NCBI GenBank assembly: GCA_000997385.1
Contig: LCBT01000002.1
Span: 119,424-183,423 of the forward strand
Length of the DNA: 64,000 nt
Reading direction: 5' to 3'
DNA from: Candidatus Daviesbacteria bacterium GW2011_GWA1_41_61
GTDB lineage: Bacteria > Patescibacteriota > Microgenomatia > Daviesbacterales > UBA10151
A program made the translations under genes and the position numbers. Positions 1 to 9,916 of the stretch are shown here, one piece after another. Position 1 is the stretch's first letter; each line of letters starts with the position of its first letter. The notes beneath the pieces are model-generated. The model worked only from the letters and a program-made list of their open reading frames with translations, was not told where the DNA came from and did not search any database.

Positions 1-573
1 AAGATGCAGGTCAACGCCGCAAGGCTTCAAGTAATTATTGAGAATACTCTTAATGTATCTATCTATGAGTCAGGAACGATGTCGCTCTTTCTGCAGCCTG
101 TAGATTTTGAAAAGTTGGTAGTAGATGTGGTTAATAACACCTTGCAGTTTGAGGCTGAGGATAAAAAGATCTATCTTAAGATGGATCTTCCCCAGATCCG
201 TCTACCACTTATCAGTGCTGATCCCCAGCGGTTAAAGGATGTGGTAATCAATTTGGTAGAAAATGCCATTAAGTATACTGAGCAAGGAGGAGTGACAGTA
301 AGCCTTTTACAAGACGGAGAGTGGGTGGTAATGGTAGTTGCCGATACCGGCAAAGGTATTGATCCCAAGGATCTGCCTAATCTTTTTCAAAAATTTTATA
401 GGGGGGGAGATTATAAAAACCGGACTATCCAAGGAGCGGGACTGGGACTTTATATTACCAAGAAGTTAGTGGAAAAACATCACGGTACCATTGAAATCAC
501 ATCAGAGCTGGGGAAAGGAACAGTGGTGACACTGAAGTTACCTACTCCTAAAGAAGGCGAGACATGGTCTTAA
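1..573 (+). CDS. Sensor histidine kinase, C-terminal part (HATPase_c); 5' end lies outside the window
   Basis: Translation contains ENAIKYT, DTGKGI and GLGLYITKKLVEKHHGTIEI, which match the N, G1 and G2 boxes of histidine kinase ATPase domains. The ORF runs off the window start. Confidence 0.7.
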   Translation, partial: KMQVNAARLQVIIENTLNVSIYESGTMSLFLQPVDFEKLVVDVVNNTLQFEAEDKKIYLKMDLPQIRLPLISADPQRLKDVVINLVENAIKYTEQGGVTVSLLQDGEWVVMVVADTGKGIDPKDLPNLFQKFYRGGDYKNRTIQGAGLGLYITKKLVEKHHGTIEITSELGKGTVVTLKLPTPKEGETWS

Positions 574-1139
574 ATACTAATTTTTTCCCAACTCTTCTAT
601 TTATAGGGGTAATAGGGGTACTTATTAATATTCATCTGCTCAGGCGGAAGATGGCGTTTTTTTTAACAAAAGTTGATAATCAGACATTGAACTTAAAGAA
701 AGAGCTAATAGAGATGGATAAGCAGCAACAAGTCATCTATAATCTTTCTACCTCAATTTTTCTACTTCGTGGTGTAAAAGAGATTATAAGTAGTACTATC
801 TCCGAAATTGTCGTCATGTATCACTGGTCCGATGTGGCCTATTTCCCTTATGGTCAGTTAGAGGTTGAGAGGAGTTTCTATGGCCAGCACCCTAAATATT
901 CAGCAGAGGAAGTCGCTGCTTTGCTTAAACAGGGAACGGGGACAGACATTATAAATAGTGAGAGATCAGGCCAGTATCTAAGCGTGTTTGGGGTTGGAGG
1001 TGATGGTAGGGCTTTAGGGGGACTGTATGTAGGTAAAAAAGAAGGACCTTTAACGGAAGGCCAAGTAACCTTTTTTAAGACAGTAGCCAGTTTCTTAACG
1101 GTGGCAATAGATAATATCCAAGCTTTAAAGGAACAATGA
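564..1139 (+). CDS. Membrane-anchored putative GAF-like sensor protein
   Basis: It has an N-terminal hydrophobic helix followed by a globular domain. Its C-terminal motif VTFFKTVASFLTVAI is paralogous to the next ORF. It overlaps the HK gene by 10 nt. The GAF assignment is tentative. Confidence 0.35.
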   Translation: MVLNTNFFPTLLFIGVIGVLINIHLLRRKMAFFLTKVDNQTLNLKKELIEMDKQQQVIYNLSTSIFLLRGVKEIISSTISEIVVMYHWSDVAYFPYGQLEVERSFYGQHPKYSAEEVAALLKQGTGTDIINSERSGQYLSVFGVGGDGRALGGLYVGKKEGPLTEGQVTFFKTVASFLTVAIDNIQALKEQ

Positions 1140-1795
1140 GTACTACTTTAATTGTCGGGATTCTACTAATAGGAGCTGCTCTTTGGGAACTCATTCCTTT
1201 ACTTCAGGATTTATACAATCTTAGACTCTTGACGCTTAAGCAGAAACAGACGGCGAAGCTTTTGTTGCAAAAGAAGAACCAGGGTATATTCCTCAATCGT
1301 TTGTACAAATCAGCTGATGATTATCAACCAAAAGAGGTCAGAACTGTTCAGCTTCTGGATGATTTGGAGTACAGTTTAGGTTGGAAGAGACTTGCCTACC
1401 TTGACTTTTTGGAGGATGAGCAGGCAATAATTTTTAGGGTAACAAAAGGTTTACCGCAAAAGTATCTTGATTTTGTTCATGAGGTATACCATGATCGTAT
1501 TGATATCGGCAGCCTGGCGGGAGGTCGGGCTATCTCGACTAAGCAGCCACTAATTGTCAATAATTGGACCCAAGACCCGCACCTTAAACATATCAGCTTT
1601 ATGTCTGAGTACGGGCACGTTATTTCTTTTGGGGCCTTTCCTATTGTCAGCAGTTTGACAACTTACGGATCTTTGCATGTTTACGGGGGCAGTGCCGGGA
1701 TGTTTAAACTTAATGAGGTACAGTTTTTTACCACTGTAGCTAACTCCTTGGCAGCAATTTTAGAACATGACGAATTTTGCTATGAAAGGAGGTGA
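1136..1795 (+). CDS. Membrane-anchored putative GAF-like protein, paralog of the upstream ORF
   Basis: It has an N-terminal TM helix and shares the C-terminal motif VQFFTTVANSLAAIL with the previous ORF. It has 4-nt overlaps (ATGA) on both sides. Confidence 0.35.
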   Translation: MSTTLIVGILLIGAALWELIPLLQDLYNLRLLTLKQKQTAKLLLQKKNQGIFLNRLYKSADDYQPKEVRTVQLLDDLEYSLGWKRLAYLDFLEDEQAIIFRVTKGLPQKYLDFVHEVYHDRIDIGSLAGGRAISTKQPLIVNNWTQDPHLKHISFMSEYGHVISFGAFPIVSSLTTYGSLHVYGGSAGMFKLNEVQFFTTVANSLAAILEHDEFCYERR

Positions 1796-2205
1796 TAAAG
1801 ATGGCAATGAATTTAGAAAAGGCGAAGAGAATTATTGAGGCAGCCAGGGAAGAGGCTCGGCAGATGGGTATTCCCCAAAATATTGCCGTGGTTGACGAGG
1901 GGGGAAATTTAGTTGCTTTTGAGAGGATGGATGGGGCGATGTTGGTAGGGGTGAATATTGCTCAGGATAAAGCCTATACGGCGGCAGGTACAGGCTTTCC
2001 CACAGATGCTTTAGGAGAGCTTTCTCAACCAGGAAAACTTGCTTATGGAGTGGCTTTAGCTGACCGCGGACGGGTGATAGTTTTTGCTGGAGGTTTACCC
2101 ATTAAGGAGGGAGACAAGCTGATTGGGGGTATCGGTGTCTCTGGTGGTATGGCTCCTGATGATAAAAAGGTAGCCGAAGCGGGACTGAAGGCCTTAGAGA
2201 AATAA
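1792..2205 (+). CDS. GlcG/HbpS-like (DUF336) heme-binding or sensor accessory protein
   Basis: Its size and motifs (VVDEGGNLVAFERMDGA ... GGIGVSGG) are typical of the GlcG/HbpS family. Confidence 0.6.
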   Translation: MIKMAMNLEKAKRIIEAAREEARQMGIPQNIAVVDEGGNLVAFERMDGAMLVGVNIAQDKAYTAAGTGFPTDALGELSQPGKLAYGVALADRGRVIVFAGGLPIKEGDKLIGGIGVSGGMAPDDKKVAEAGLKALEK

Positions 2206-2305
2206 TCTTATTAAAGTATCTTAAGCCATCCAGGAAATTTCGCATAACGCCGCTCTTGACGGGCAAAGTAGGATTTGCTAGCCTAAAAAGGTCACGGTAA
2301 ATTTT

Positions 2306-2692
2306 ATGCGAGTAGCCCTTATTGAAGACGAAGAAGTTTTGCGAGATCTCTACAAAAAAGAGTTTCAGTCAGTGGGGTATGTCCTGGATGGCTTTGCCAA
2401 TGGGGAAGAGGGTTTGGCCGGGGTAAAACAAAACAAGTATGATGTTATATTACTGGACCTGATGCTTCCTGGGATTGATGGGTTAGAGATTTTAAAGCAA
2501 ATAAAACAGGACGACAAAACTAAAAATACTCCCGTCATTATCCTTACTAACCTGGGTCAAGATGAGGTTATTAGGCAAGGTTTTAATTTAGGGGCGGAAG
2601 GTTATTTAATTAAGTCTTCAAACTCCTTCAAAGAGGTTGTAGAGGAAGTCCAAAATATCTTAAATAAGAAGGGAAGAACAGTTATTTCCTAA
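2306..2692 (+). CDS. Single-domain response regulator (CheY-like receiver)
   Basis: Acidic pocket DEE, phospho-acceptor context ILLDLMLPGIDG and a conserved K in YLIKS are present. A putative TTGACG promoter lies upstream at about 2248. Confidence 0.75.
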   Translation: MRVALIEDEEVLRDLYKKEFQSVGYVLDGFANGEEGLAGVKQNKYDVILLDLMLPGIDGLEILKQIKQDDKTKNTPVIILTNLGQDEVIRQGFNLGAEGYLIKSSNSFKEVVEEVQNILNKKGRTVIS

Positions 2693-3800
2693 AGAGTGTC
2701 AAACCTGGGTTTGCTTGAACAGATAAGGACTCAATAGGTTTGTAGTGATAAAGAGCACTGGTAGCAATATAGGCAGCGTTATCAGTACAAAGGGAAGGTG
2801 GTGGGAAAAATAGATCTCCACGTGATAGTTGGGTTTTGACCTCTTCCCCAAGCTTTTGCCGGAGCTTCTTATTGGCAGCTACTCCGCCTGCAACAATAAT
2901 TTGTTTAATATTAAATTTTAAAGCTGCGGTGATAGTCTTTTTAACTAGGACATCAGCAATGGCTTCTTCTACAGAAGCAGCTAAATCAGCCATTGAGTTA
3001 GGATTTTGTATATCTATTGCTTTGACAATATTTCCTACAGCTGTTTTTAAACCCGAAAAAGAAAAATCGAAATCATCAGTAGTCATCATTGGCCGGGGTA
3101 ACTTGAAGGCAGAAGGATCTCCTTTTTCCGCCAGCCTGGATATCTGAGGCCCTCCAGGATAGGGCAGTCCCATCAGTCTGGCAGTTTTATCAAAGGCTTC
3201 TCCGGCAGCATCATCCCGGGTTCCTCCCAAGTATTCATACTTACCATGGTCTTTCATTAAAACTAAATCAGTGTGGCCACCGGAAACAAGCAAGCCAATA
3301 AGGGGAAATTTTGGTACACCTTCCAGGTGGGCTTTGACTCCTGGAAGGTGGGTATCGGTGATCCAATTGGCATAGAAATGCCCCAGCAAGTGATTTACAG
3401 GAATTAATGGTTTTTTCCAAACAAGAGCCAGTGTTTTTGCAGTTTCTACGCCTACTAAAAGTGAGCCAATTAGTCCCGGACCATAGGTTACTGCAATAGC
3501 ATCTATAGCTGGACGGTAGATGGTGGAAGATAGAAGGTGTTTTTTGGGAGATGGAGGACAGAGGTTGGATTGAATAAGAGCCTCATTAATTACAGGAATG
3601 ATGGATTTAAGTTGCTCCCGTGCAGCTTGTTCTGGTATTATTCCGCCATATTTAGCGTGTATTTCAGCCGAGGAAGCGACAATATTGGACAATATTTTTA
3701 CTCTTTCTCCATCTTTTTGTACTACTGCAGCAGCTGTTTCATCACAAGAGGTTTCAATACCAAGAATAATTTGAGGTTGGAAATAATTTGTTTTTGCCAT
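2682..3800 (-). CDS. tsaD: tRNA N6-adenosine threonylcarbamoyltransferase TsaD (Kae1/Gcp family)
   Basis: The N-terminus ILGIETSCDETAAAVV, the GPGLIGSLLVG motif and a length of 372 aa fit TsaD. Confidence 0.85.
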   Translation of the reverse strand: MAKTNYFQPQIILGIETSCDETAAAVVQKDGERVKILSNIVASSAEIHAKYGGIIPEQAAREQLKSIIPVINEALIQSNLCPPSPKKHLLSSTIYRPAIDAIAVTYGPGLIGSLLVGVETAKTLALVWKKPLIPVNHLLGHFYANWITDTHLPGVKAHLEGVPKFPLIGLLVSGGHTDLVLMKDHGKYEYLGGTRDDAAGEAFDKTARLMGLPYPGGPQISRLAEKGDPSAFKLPRPMMTTDDFDFSFSGLKTAVGNIVKAIDIQNPNSMADLAASVEEAIADVLVKKTITAALKFNIKQIIVAGGVAANKKLRQKLGEEVKTQLSRGDLFFPPPSLCTDNAAYIATSALYHYKPIESLSVQANPGLTLFRK

Positions 3801-3945
3801 GGTAGTATTGTATCAAAATTAAGCATTGAAAATTTCTAATTTCTAAATAAACCCTAAGGTTCTAATGATTTAGGTTAATTTTTGATTCTGTTTGTTCCAC
3901 ATAATCTATCTTGTCTTGGGTAGCCTCTAGTTGTAGCTTAAATAT

Positions 3946-4803
3946 ATGGCTTCAGACAGCATTCCCCGGACTCACTCTTTTTCTTTGGGAGACTTCCATG
4001 ACTTTGACCGCTGTGTTTTTAGGTTTTTTGTCAACCACCATTTAGGGAAAAAATATGAGCTGGCGGAAGGATCAGCCAATCAGGTTATCGGTACTGTACT
4101 GGATCTAGCTATTAAAAAAATCCATCTAACTCATGCTTACGGCCAACCTTTGGATTACCTTTTAAATTATCTGCAAGCTGCAGAAAAAGAGATCAGGGAA
4201 GATGTAAATAAAAGAGGTAATATTTCTTTTTATGGAGCCCAACTCCCATATTTAACTCCTGAGGTGGTAGAACAAGCAAAAACCATCTTTGCTACCTATT
4301 ACCAAGGGATAGAAGGAAACTTTAAAAAAATGGTCACCACCCCTACTACCAAAAGGATAAAACCTTTTTGGGAGGTGATTTTAAGGGGGTCAACCCCTCT
4401 AAAGTTGTGGGGAGCTCCGGATTCTATTGAGATGGGAGAGGATGGGATACCGGAGGTGGTGGATTATAAATATTTTGGAGATAAAGAAAGGGGGGAGGAA
4501 AATTTGGATATGGATCTAATGCCTAAACTTTATACCCTCTTTTGCGCTGCAGAGCTTAAGGCTTTAGATTTTTCCAAAGTCCGTTTTATGGTTAGACTCT
4601 GGCAAGATCCCGGTAATAATTCCTACTATGAAGAGTTTGATCTGCCCCAGATGTCTTCTGTAGCTGATTTTTTTAAAGATAAAACAGAGAGAATTTTAAG
4701 GACCAAGGAGCTCGCCTTTTGCGGTAAGGAATACTGTCGGGTCTGTCACCATCAAGAAAAAGTGGCGTGGATTAAGGAGCTACAGCAATACTTGCACCAA
4801 TAA
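3946..4803 (+). CDS. PD-(D/E)XK nuclease with Cas4/RecB-like Fe-S cysteines
   Basis: One N-terminal Cys (DRCVF), a D...EVVDYK nuclease core and a C-terminal C-x4-C-x2-C (FCGKEYCRVCHH) resemble the Cas4/AddB nuclease-domain arrangement. It is standalone, with no cas genes nearby. Confidence 0.45.
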   Translation: MASDSIPRTHSFSLGDFHDFDRCVFRFFVNHHLGKKYELAEGSANQVIGTVLDLAIKKIHLTHAYGQPLDYLLNYLQAAEKEIREDVNKRGNISFYGAQLPYLTPEVVEQAKTIFATYYQGIEGNFKKMVTTPTTKRIKPFWEVILRGSTPLKLWGAPDSIEMGEDGIPEVVDYKYFGDKERGEENLDMDLMPKLYTLFCAAELKALDFSKVRFMVRLWQDPGNNSYYEEFDLPQMSSVADFFKDKTERILRTKELAFCGKEYCRVCHHQEKVAWIKELQQYLHQ

Positions 4804-4905
4804 TAATGACATCATAGTAATTTTTCATAAAATTTTTTCTATAACTCGTTTTTTTTATTTTATTATACTTAATTATTTAAATGTCTTTTATCGCTAAGGA
4901 AGAAC

Positions 4906-5472
4906 TTAAGAGCTAGTTAGTGGTACTTCAGCTAAAGTATTGTGGTGGTGGAAGCCTTCTTCCGGAACAGACTCAAAAAGCTTGATCGAGGAAATTTGAA
5001 TGGGGGCAAACTCTTTGAGCATCATATTTTGCAACTTGGCTTCTTGTTCAGTTGAAAGCTGAAAATTGCCGTTGATTTTAGCAATGGCGATATGGGGGAC
5101 ATAACGCCTTTCATCAGTGTCGAGCCCCAAGTGAGAGAGCCCGTCTTTAATTCTTTCCCGGATTATCATCAGCTTATCAATATCTCCTTTGGCTCCGACC
5201 CAAAAAACATGAGCACTGTGGAGATGGGGAAAACCATCAATATAACCCGGAGTAATGGTAAAAGGCGGGATGCCTCCCACGGCTTTGACAATAATTTTTC
5301 TTAAATCCTCTTTTAAATAGTCTGGTTGCTCCCCAATAAAGGCAATGGTCAAATGTAATTTTGGGCTGTCAGTTAGCCTGATTTGAGGGATAATTTCTTT
5401 TAACTGTCTTTGCACTCCTTCCAGTTGTTTTTGACAATTTTGGGGGATCTCTAAGGCCATGAAATAACGCAT
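4906..5472 (-). CDS. thpR: RNA 2',3'-cyclic phosphodiesterase (2H phosphoesterase, LigT/ThpR family)
   Basis: Two H-x-T/S-x motifs are present (HLTIAF and HIAIAK) and the length is about 190 aa. Confidence 0.7.
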   Translation of the reverse strand: MRYFMALEIPQNCQKQLEGVQRQLKEIIPQIRLTDSPKLHLTIAFIGEQPDYLKEDLRKIIVKAVGGIPPFTITPGYIDGFPHLHSAHVFWVGAKGDIDKLMIIRERIKDGLSHLGLDTDERRYVPHIAIAKINGNFQLSTEQEAKLQNMMLKEFAPIQISSIKLFESVPEEGFHHHNTLAEVPLTSS

Positions 5473-5483
5473 GCCTTTTGATT

Positions 5484-7343
5484 CTATTCTTTTGTTCCTA
5501 CTAAGTAAACCGCTTGCCAGGGGCGGTAGTTTGAATCAAAGGCTTCAGAGATTAAAGTTTCTCCACCTCTTGTGACAGTTCTAGAGAAGGTTACTTTGGC
5601 TCCCCAAGCTGGCCAATCAACCTGTTTAATCTCCCCTTTGGGTAGTGTTGGATCATCTTGACGAATCTCCGGCAGAGGTGGGGTTTGGCTTAAGATTTTG
5701 GGGGTAGTAACTGTGGCTACCCGGCCGTCGGAGGTGCCATAAAGATCCACATATAAATTATTGCCTAAAATATAAGCTTGAATGAGAATATGAGCTGGAG
5801 TATCGTTTTTAAATTTTAAATCCACACCGGGATAAAAAACAGTCGCATCCAGCCCCGGTTTAAACCCTCCTTGCTCGTAATAACTGACCCGGTAAGCATG
5901 GGCGGTCCTTTCCAAAATAGGCAGCCCGGTATTTAAAGCCACCCTAAAAACCGTCGTGGAGACCTGACACACTCCTCCCCCATCATCTAAAACTGTCCGC
6001 CCTGATTTGATAATGTAGGCTTGTTTATAACCGGTGACAGCGGAGATATCCCCGACGGTCTCTAAAAAGGAGAATGTTTCCCCCGGAGGGATTAAGATTC
6101 CGTTAAGGCGGGAGGCAGCCAGTCCGATATTGTAGATACGGTTAGTAATTGAGCCAGTAAAGGAGGAGACCCCTTGCCCAATCAGCTGGTTAATACCTAA
6201 ATTATTAACATCGGCATTGGTGATTTTAGGCTGAGTGACAGTAACCGGCAAAGTTATTCCCTGGGAGGAGCCTATAAAGAGGGCTTGAGAAATTAGTCTA
6301 GCGGTTTGTTCAATATCAACTTTACGTCCCTCCCGGGCAGATTGAAATTCAACAACTTTGATCTGTCCGTTGGGAAGTTTCTCTGCACTGAATTTAGCAT
6401 CTTGGGCCTGCTGATCAATTTTTTGGGAGACTTCTTTTAAAAAGCCAGCTAGTTTTGTTTGGTCAATGGTTATTCCTATCTCCTCCGAGGTCAGGTTAGT
6501 TCCTGAAAAATCCGTTCCTGTAAGCTGAGAGGAGGTTTGAGGGAGTGTTAAGACAGAGACAGGTGGAGGGTCCTCTAATGTTAACAGTTTAAACAACACT
6601 TTGTGATCAATAGTCCACTGCTTACTTTGATAGGTTAAGTTTAACGGTCTGGTTTTGACAGCCTCTAGAACTTGTTGGTATTTTTCAGCAGTGGGGGTGG
6701 TAAAGCCGGCCGGGATTTTTTGAAGAGGCAAAGTCATAGGAGGGGGAGCCTTTAAACTCAAATAATCAGTAAGCTGTTTTTTAAACAACTCCTGATCCAG
6801 TTTTTGTCCCTCAACGGAGGGGTTTAAGGTGATAGTTTCCCCTAAAATGATGCGGGCATCCTGGGGCTTTTTTTTGATTACCTGATCAATTTTTCCAAGC
6901 TGGGCGTTGAGTGCTGACGGGTTTTTGACAGTTACCTGGGGAAATAAAGTTGTTCCTGAGAAAACAGCCCACCCCTGTTCTTTTAAATCTACTAAGTAGT
7001 TGCCGGATCGGCCCATCTGATAAGCGCGGAGGATTTTTTGTCCTAAATCAATTGAGGGGGAGCTGTCAGCTAGGTTAAGAGTAAAAGTTTGACCTTGGTA
7101 AGTTAAGATTAAGGGAGTTTTAGCCCGCTTCTGAAACTCTTCTGATAACAGTTGGTGAGCGGAAGCAAGGGTATGGCCTCCTAAGGGAAGATAAGCTACT
7201 TTGATTCCGGGGTAAATCCGTTGGTAGTAATAAGCCAGAAAGGATAGATAGAAAAATAAAACCACTGTCCCTAAGGCTAAAGCAATAATCCCCGCTCTAA
7301 AAGGTAAGGGCAGATGATAACGGTTTTTTTTATTTTTAGCCAT
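5484..7343 (-). CDS. VanW-family protein with an N-terminal membrane anchor
   Basis: It carries the GGGVCQVSTTVFRVALNTG signature of the VanW domain and has an N-terminal TM helix. Confidence 0.6.
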   Translation of the reverse strand: MAKNKKNRYHLPLPFRAGIIALALGTVVLFFYLSFLAYYYQRIYPGIKVAYLPLGGHTLASAHQLLSEEFQKRAKTPLILTYQGQTFTLNLADSSPSIDLGQKILRAYQMGRSGNYLVDLKEQGWAVFSGTTLFPQVTVKNPSALNAQLGKIDQVIKKKPQDARIILGETITLNPSVEGQKLDQELFKKQLTDYLSLKAPPPMTLPLQKIPAGFTTPTAEKYQQVLEAVKTRPLNLTYQSKQWTIDHKVLFKLLTLEDPPPVSVLTLPQTSSQLTGTDFSGTNLTSEEIGITIDQTKLAGFLKEVSQKIDQQAQDAKFSAEKLPNGQIKVVEFQSAREGRKVDIEQTARLISQALFIGSSQGITLPVTVTQPKITNADVNNLGINQLIGQGVSSFTGSITNRIYNIGLAASRLNGILIPPGETFSFLETVGDISAVTGYKQAYIIKSGRTVLDDGGGVCQVSTTVFRVALNTGLPILERTAHAYRVSYYEQGGFKPGLDATVFYPGVDLKFKNDTPAHILIQAYILGNNLYVDLYGTSDGRVATVTTPKILSQTPPLPEIRQDDPTLPKGEIKQVDWPAWGAKVTFSRTVTRGGETLISEAFDSNYRPWQAVYLVGTKE

Positions 7344-7416
7344 AATATTTACTGGTTAATTGTAGTAGTTTTGGCTATCTGTAGCAAGCCAAAGTTAGTT
7401 GTAATATAATTAGGAG

Positions 7417-8736
7417 GTGAAGAAAGTAGCATTAATAGTTATCCTGGCAGCTATCATTTCAGGGATAGGTTTTTGGTGGTATATCTCAATTTACACCAAA
7501 TCCCAAACTCCCAAGGAAGTTACTTTAACTGTTTGGGGGCTGTGGGATGAGGAGGCCATCATCAATCCGGTTTTAGAGGCTTATCAAAAGTCTTACCCTA
7601 ACGTTAAGATCAGTTACGTTAAGCAATCAACCTTAAATTATTATCCTCGGCTGATAACTCAACTGCGCTCAGGTTTTGGCCCGGATATCTTTACCATCCA
7701 TAACTCCTGGCTGCCGATGATGATTTCTGATCTAGTGGCTGCCCCCTCTTCGGTAGTAAGTTTTAATGATTTTAGCAAGGCCTTTTATCCGATGGCTAAA
7801 GAGAGTTTGACTGCTCAAAATAAAGTTTACGGCTTGCCCATGGAGGTGGATGGTTTGGTAATGTATTACAACGAGGAGATTTTAAGGGGAGTTAATGCCT
7901 CTGTACCCGGGGATTGGCGGGAGTTTGCCGAGGTGGCCAAAAAGGTCACCGTGGTAAGTCAAGAGGGTCAAATTCAAACTGCTGGAGCGGCCATGGGGGC
8001 TACCAACAATGTTGATTTTTGGCCGGAGATTATTGGTCTGTTATATTTTCAGCAACCCAACGCTGATATCGCCTCTCCCAATCAGGGGAAAGGGCCGGAG
8101 GTTATCCAATTTTATACGGATTTTATTACTGATCCGAGGAAAAAAACTTGGGACAGTACCCTGCCAACTTCCACCAAGATGTTTACGGAAGGAAAGTTAG
8201 CTTTTTATTTTGCTCCGGCGAGAATTGCTCAAGAGATTAAAACCTCAAACCCTAACTTACAGTTTAAAGTAGCCCCGGTACCTCAACTGCCGGCTGTTCC
8301 CGGGGTTGCTGAGAAAAAGATTGTTTTGGGTGGATTTTGGGCTCAGGCAGTATCGGCAAGATCCGCCTCTTCAGAGGAAGCCTGGAAATTTGTCAAATAC
8401 TTAACTACCCCTCAGGTGCTGCAGGTTTTATACCAGCAACATCTCCAGGCCAGAGGACTGGGCAGGCCTTTCCCCAGAGTAGAGATGGCTAGTCTAATCT
8501 CTTCCCATCCCATCTTTGGGCCGGTGGTGACCCAGGCCCCTTATTATAAAAGCTGGTATTTAAACTCTACCACCGGGGACGGAGGGATTAATGATAAGAT
8601 TATTGACCATTTCAAAGGGGCCATTGATGGGGTACTGGCAGGGCAGGAACCTAAAGCCATGCTTTATACCACCTCAGTGGGTATTAACAGGGTGTTAAAC
8701 AGTTACACCCCCCAACCCACTCCAGTCAAAAAATGA
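7417..8736 (+). CDS. Extracellular solute-binding protein (ABC transporter, family 1 type)
   Basis: It has a signal peptide and an overall SBP_bac_1-like composition and length. The ORF starts with GTG just after AGGAGG. Confidence 0.5.
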   Translation: MKKVALIVILAAIISGIGFWWYISIYTKSQTPKEVTLTVWGLWDEEAIINPVLEAYQKSYPNVKISYVKQSTLNYYPRLITQLRSGFGPDIFTIHNSWLPMMISDLVAAPSSVVSFNDFSKAFYPMAKESLTAQNKVYGLPMEVDGLVMYYNEEILRGVNASVPGDWREFAEVAKKVTVVSQEGQIQTAGAAMGATNNVDFWPEIIGLLYFQQPNADIASPNQGKGPEVIQFYTDFITDPRKKTWDSTLPTSTKMFTEGKLAFYFAPARIAQEIKTSNPNLQFKVAPVPQLPAVPGVAEKKIVLGGFWAQAVSARSASSEEAWKFVKYLTTPQVLQVLYQQHLQARGLGRPFPRVEMASLISSHPIFGPVVTQAPYYKSWYLNSTTGDGGINDKIIDHFKGAIDGVLAGQEPKAMLYTTSVGINRVLNSYTPQPTPVKK

Positions 8737-8746
8737 TTCAGTAATT

Positions 8747-9487
8747 TTAGCAATTTGGGTTTTTCCAGAGAGTTATATGGTTGGGAGTGTTAAGTAATGC
8801 GACACCCTCGTCGGTTTTCCCTAAATAAAACCTATCTACGGCTAACTTTAAAGCTGTGAGGGCTTGAGCAGCTGCTCGAACGTGGTGTATTTTTGGGGAT
8901 AGGGAACGACCCCTTTTCAACTCAAAAGTAAAGCCTTTTTGATAATCTATTTCTCCGGCATAGGAAACCTCGATTTTGCCTGTTCCATTATTATGGAAAT
9001 AAGCTTCAGTTCTGGTTAGGGCTTCACCTCCACGGAGATTGGAATTTCTTTCATAAGTTATTTTTACCTCATCAGGTTCTTCTTGTGGTAAATGAAAATC
9101 TAATTGTAAATATATCCCATCTGGGGAGGAGGGTGCCTCATCTGTATAGTAAAAATCGGGACTTAATTCTTGATTTTTAGAAGCTAAGTTAATTGGTTCT
9201 CTTTCTGTAACAAGTTTGGTACTAACTTGTCTATACAGCGTCTTTTGGGTAGAAAGAAAAGATCTTCTTACTCTTTGCAGGAATTCCTTATCAGAAAGAA
9301 AACAAGGAATAGGAGAGGAGATTTTTTCTTCAAGATCTTTTTCAACGAAAGGGTTTATTCGGGAACCAAGATAACCAGCATGGAGATAAGCTGCTCTAAA
9401 TCTATCAACAAGCCTTTCTGGAACCGCTAATAAGCGGTCTTTTAAAGATCCTGTTGCTTTTGCGGTGGCTGCTTCAGCTTCCAACAT
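8747..9487 (-). CDS. Hypothetical protein
   Basis: Long ORF with no recognisable motifs. Confidence 0.35.
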   Translation of the reverse strand: MLEAEAATAKATGSLKDRLLAVPERLVDRFRAAYLHAGYLGSRINPFVEKDLEEKISSPIPCFLSDKEFLQRVRRSFLSTQKTLYRQVSTKLVTEREPINLASKNQELSPDFYYTDEAPSSPDGIYLQLDFHLPQEEPDEVKITYERNSNLRGGEALTRTEAYFHNNGTGKIEVSYAGEIDYQKGFTFELKRGRSLSPKIHHVRAAAQALTALKLAVDRFYLGKTDEGVALLNTPNHITLWKNPNC

Positions 9488-9916
9488 AAGATACTATATT
9501 ATATGATATTTGGGTAAGTTGTTAATTAAAATTTTTATTTGGGTTACTGCCGCTAGTCTCTCTCTTAAGGTTGAAGTGGTTAGGAGTTAAGGGAGCAAGT
9601 AGCCTCCTTTTGGGAGGAGAGAGGGTAATAATGTCATTTTGACCAGGGCAGTTTCCCTTTTCATTCAGCAATCCTTTATTTAATAGTGTAAGGGTACATT
9701 GAAGCACCTCCAACTCTTTTTTAGAGAAGACAACCTCTCTTTCTGGACTAAAATCTTTCATGATTTATATTATAAGCCCAAGAGATAAGTTTTAGATTAA
9801 AAACCTGTTAGAATATATCTAGTAATGAAGGTAACTCTACTTTTATTCCCAATATATTCTCTTGTTGGCTCTGTTAGCTATAGATGTTTTGTTCGTGGTT
9901 TCCCAACAATAGGGTA

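Noticed and set aside
171-368. Short antisense ORFs embedded in well-supported genes, including 171-368, 2836-3147, 5092-5304, 11368-11951, 23648-23833, 44622-44834, 49091-49991 and 57170-58886
   Set aside because: They lie entirely inside conserved genes on the opposite strand and lack RBS or motifs. They are typical spurious six-frame ORFs.
9522-9761. 79-aa ORF in the 500-bp region upstream of groES
   Set aside because: No RBS or motif. The region is better explained as groES promoter and leader.
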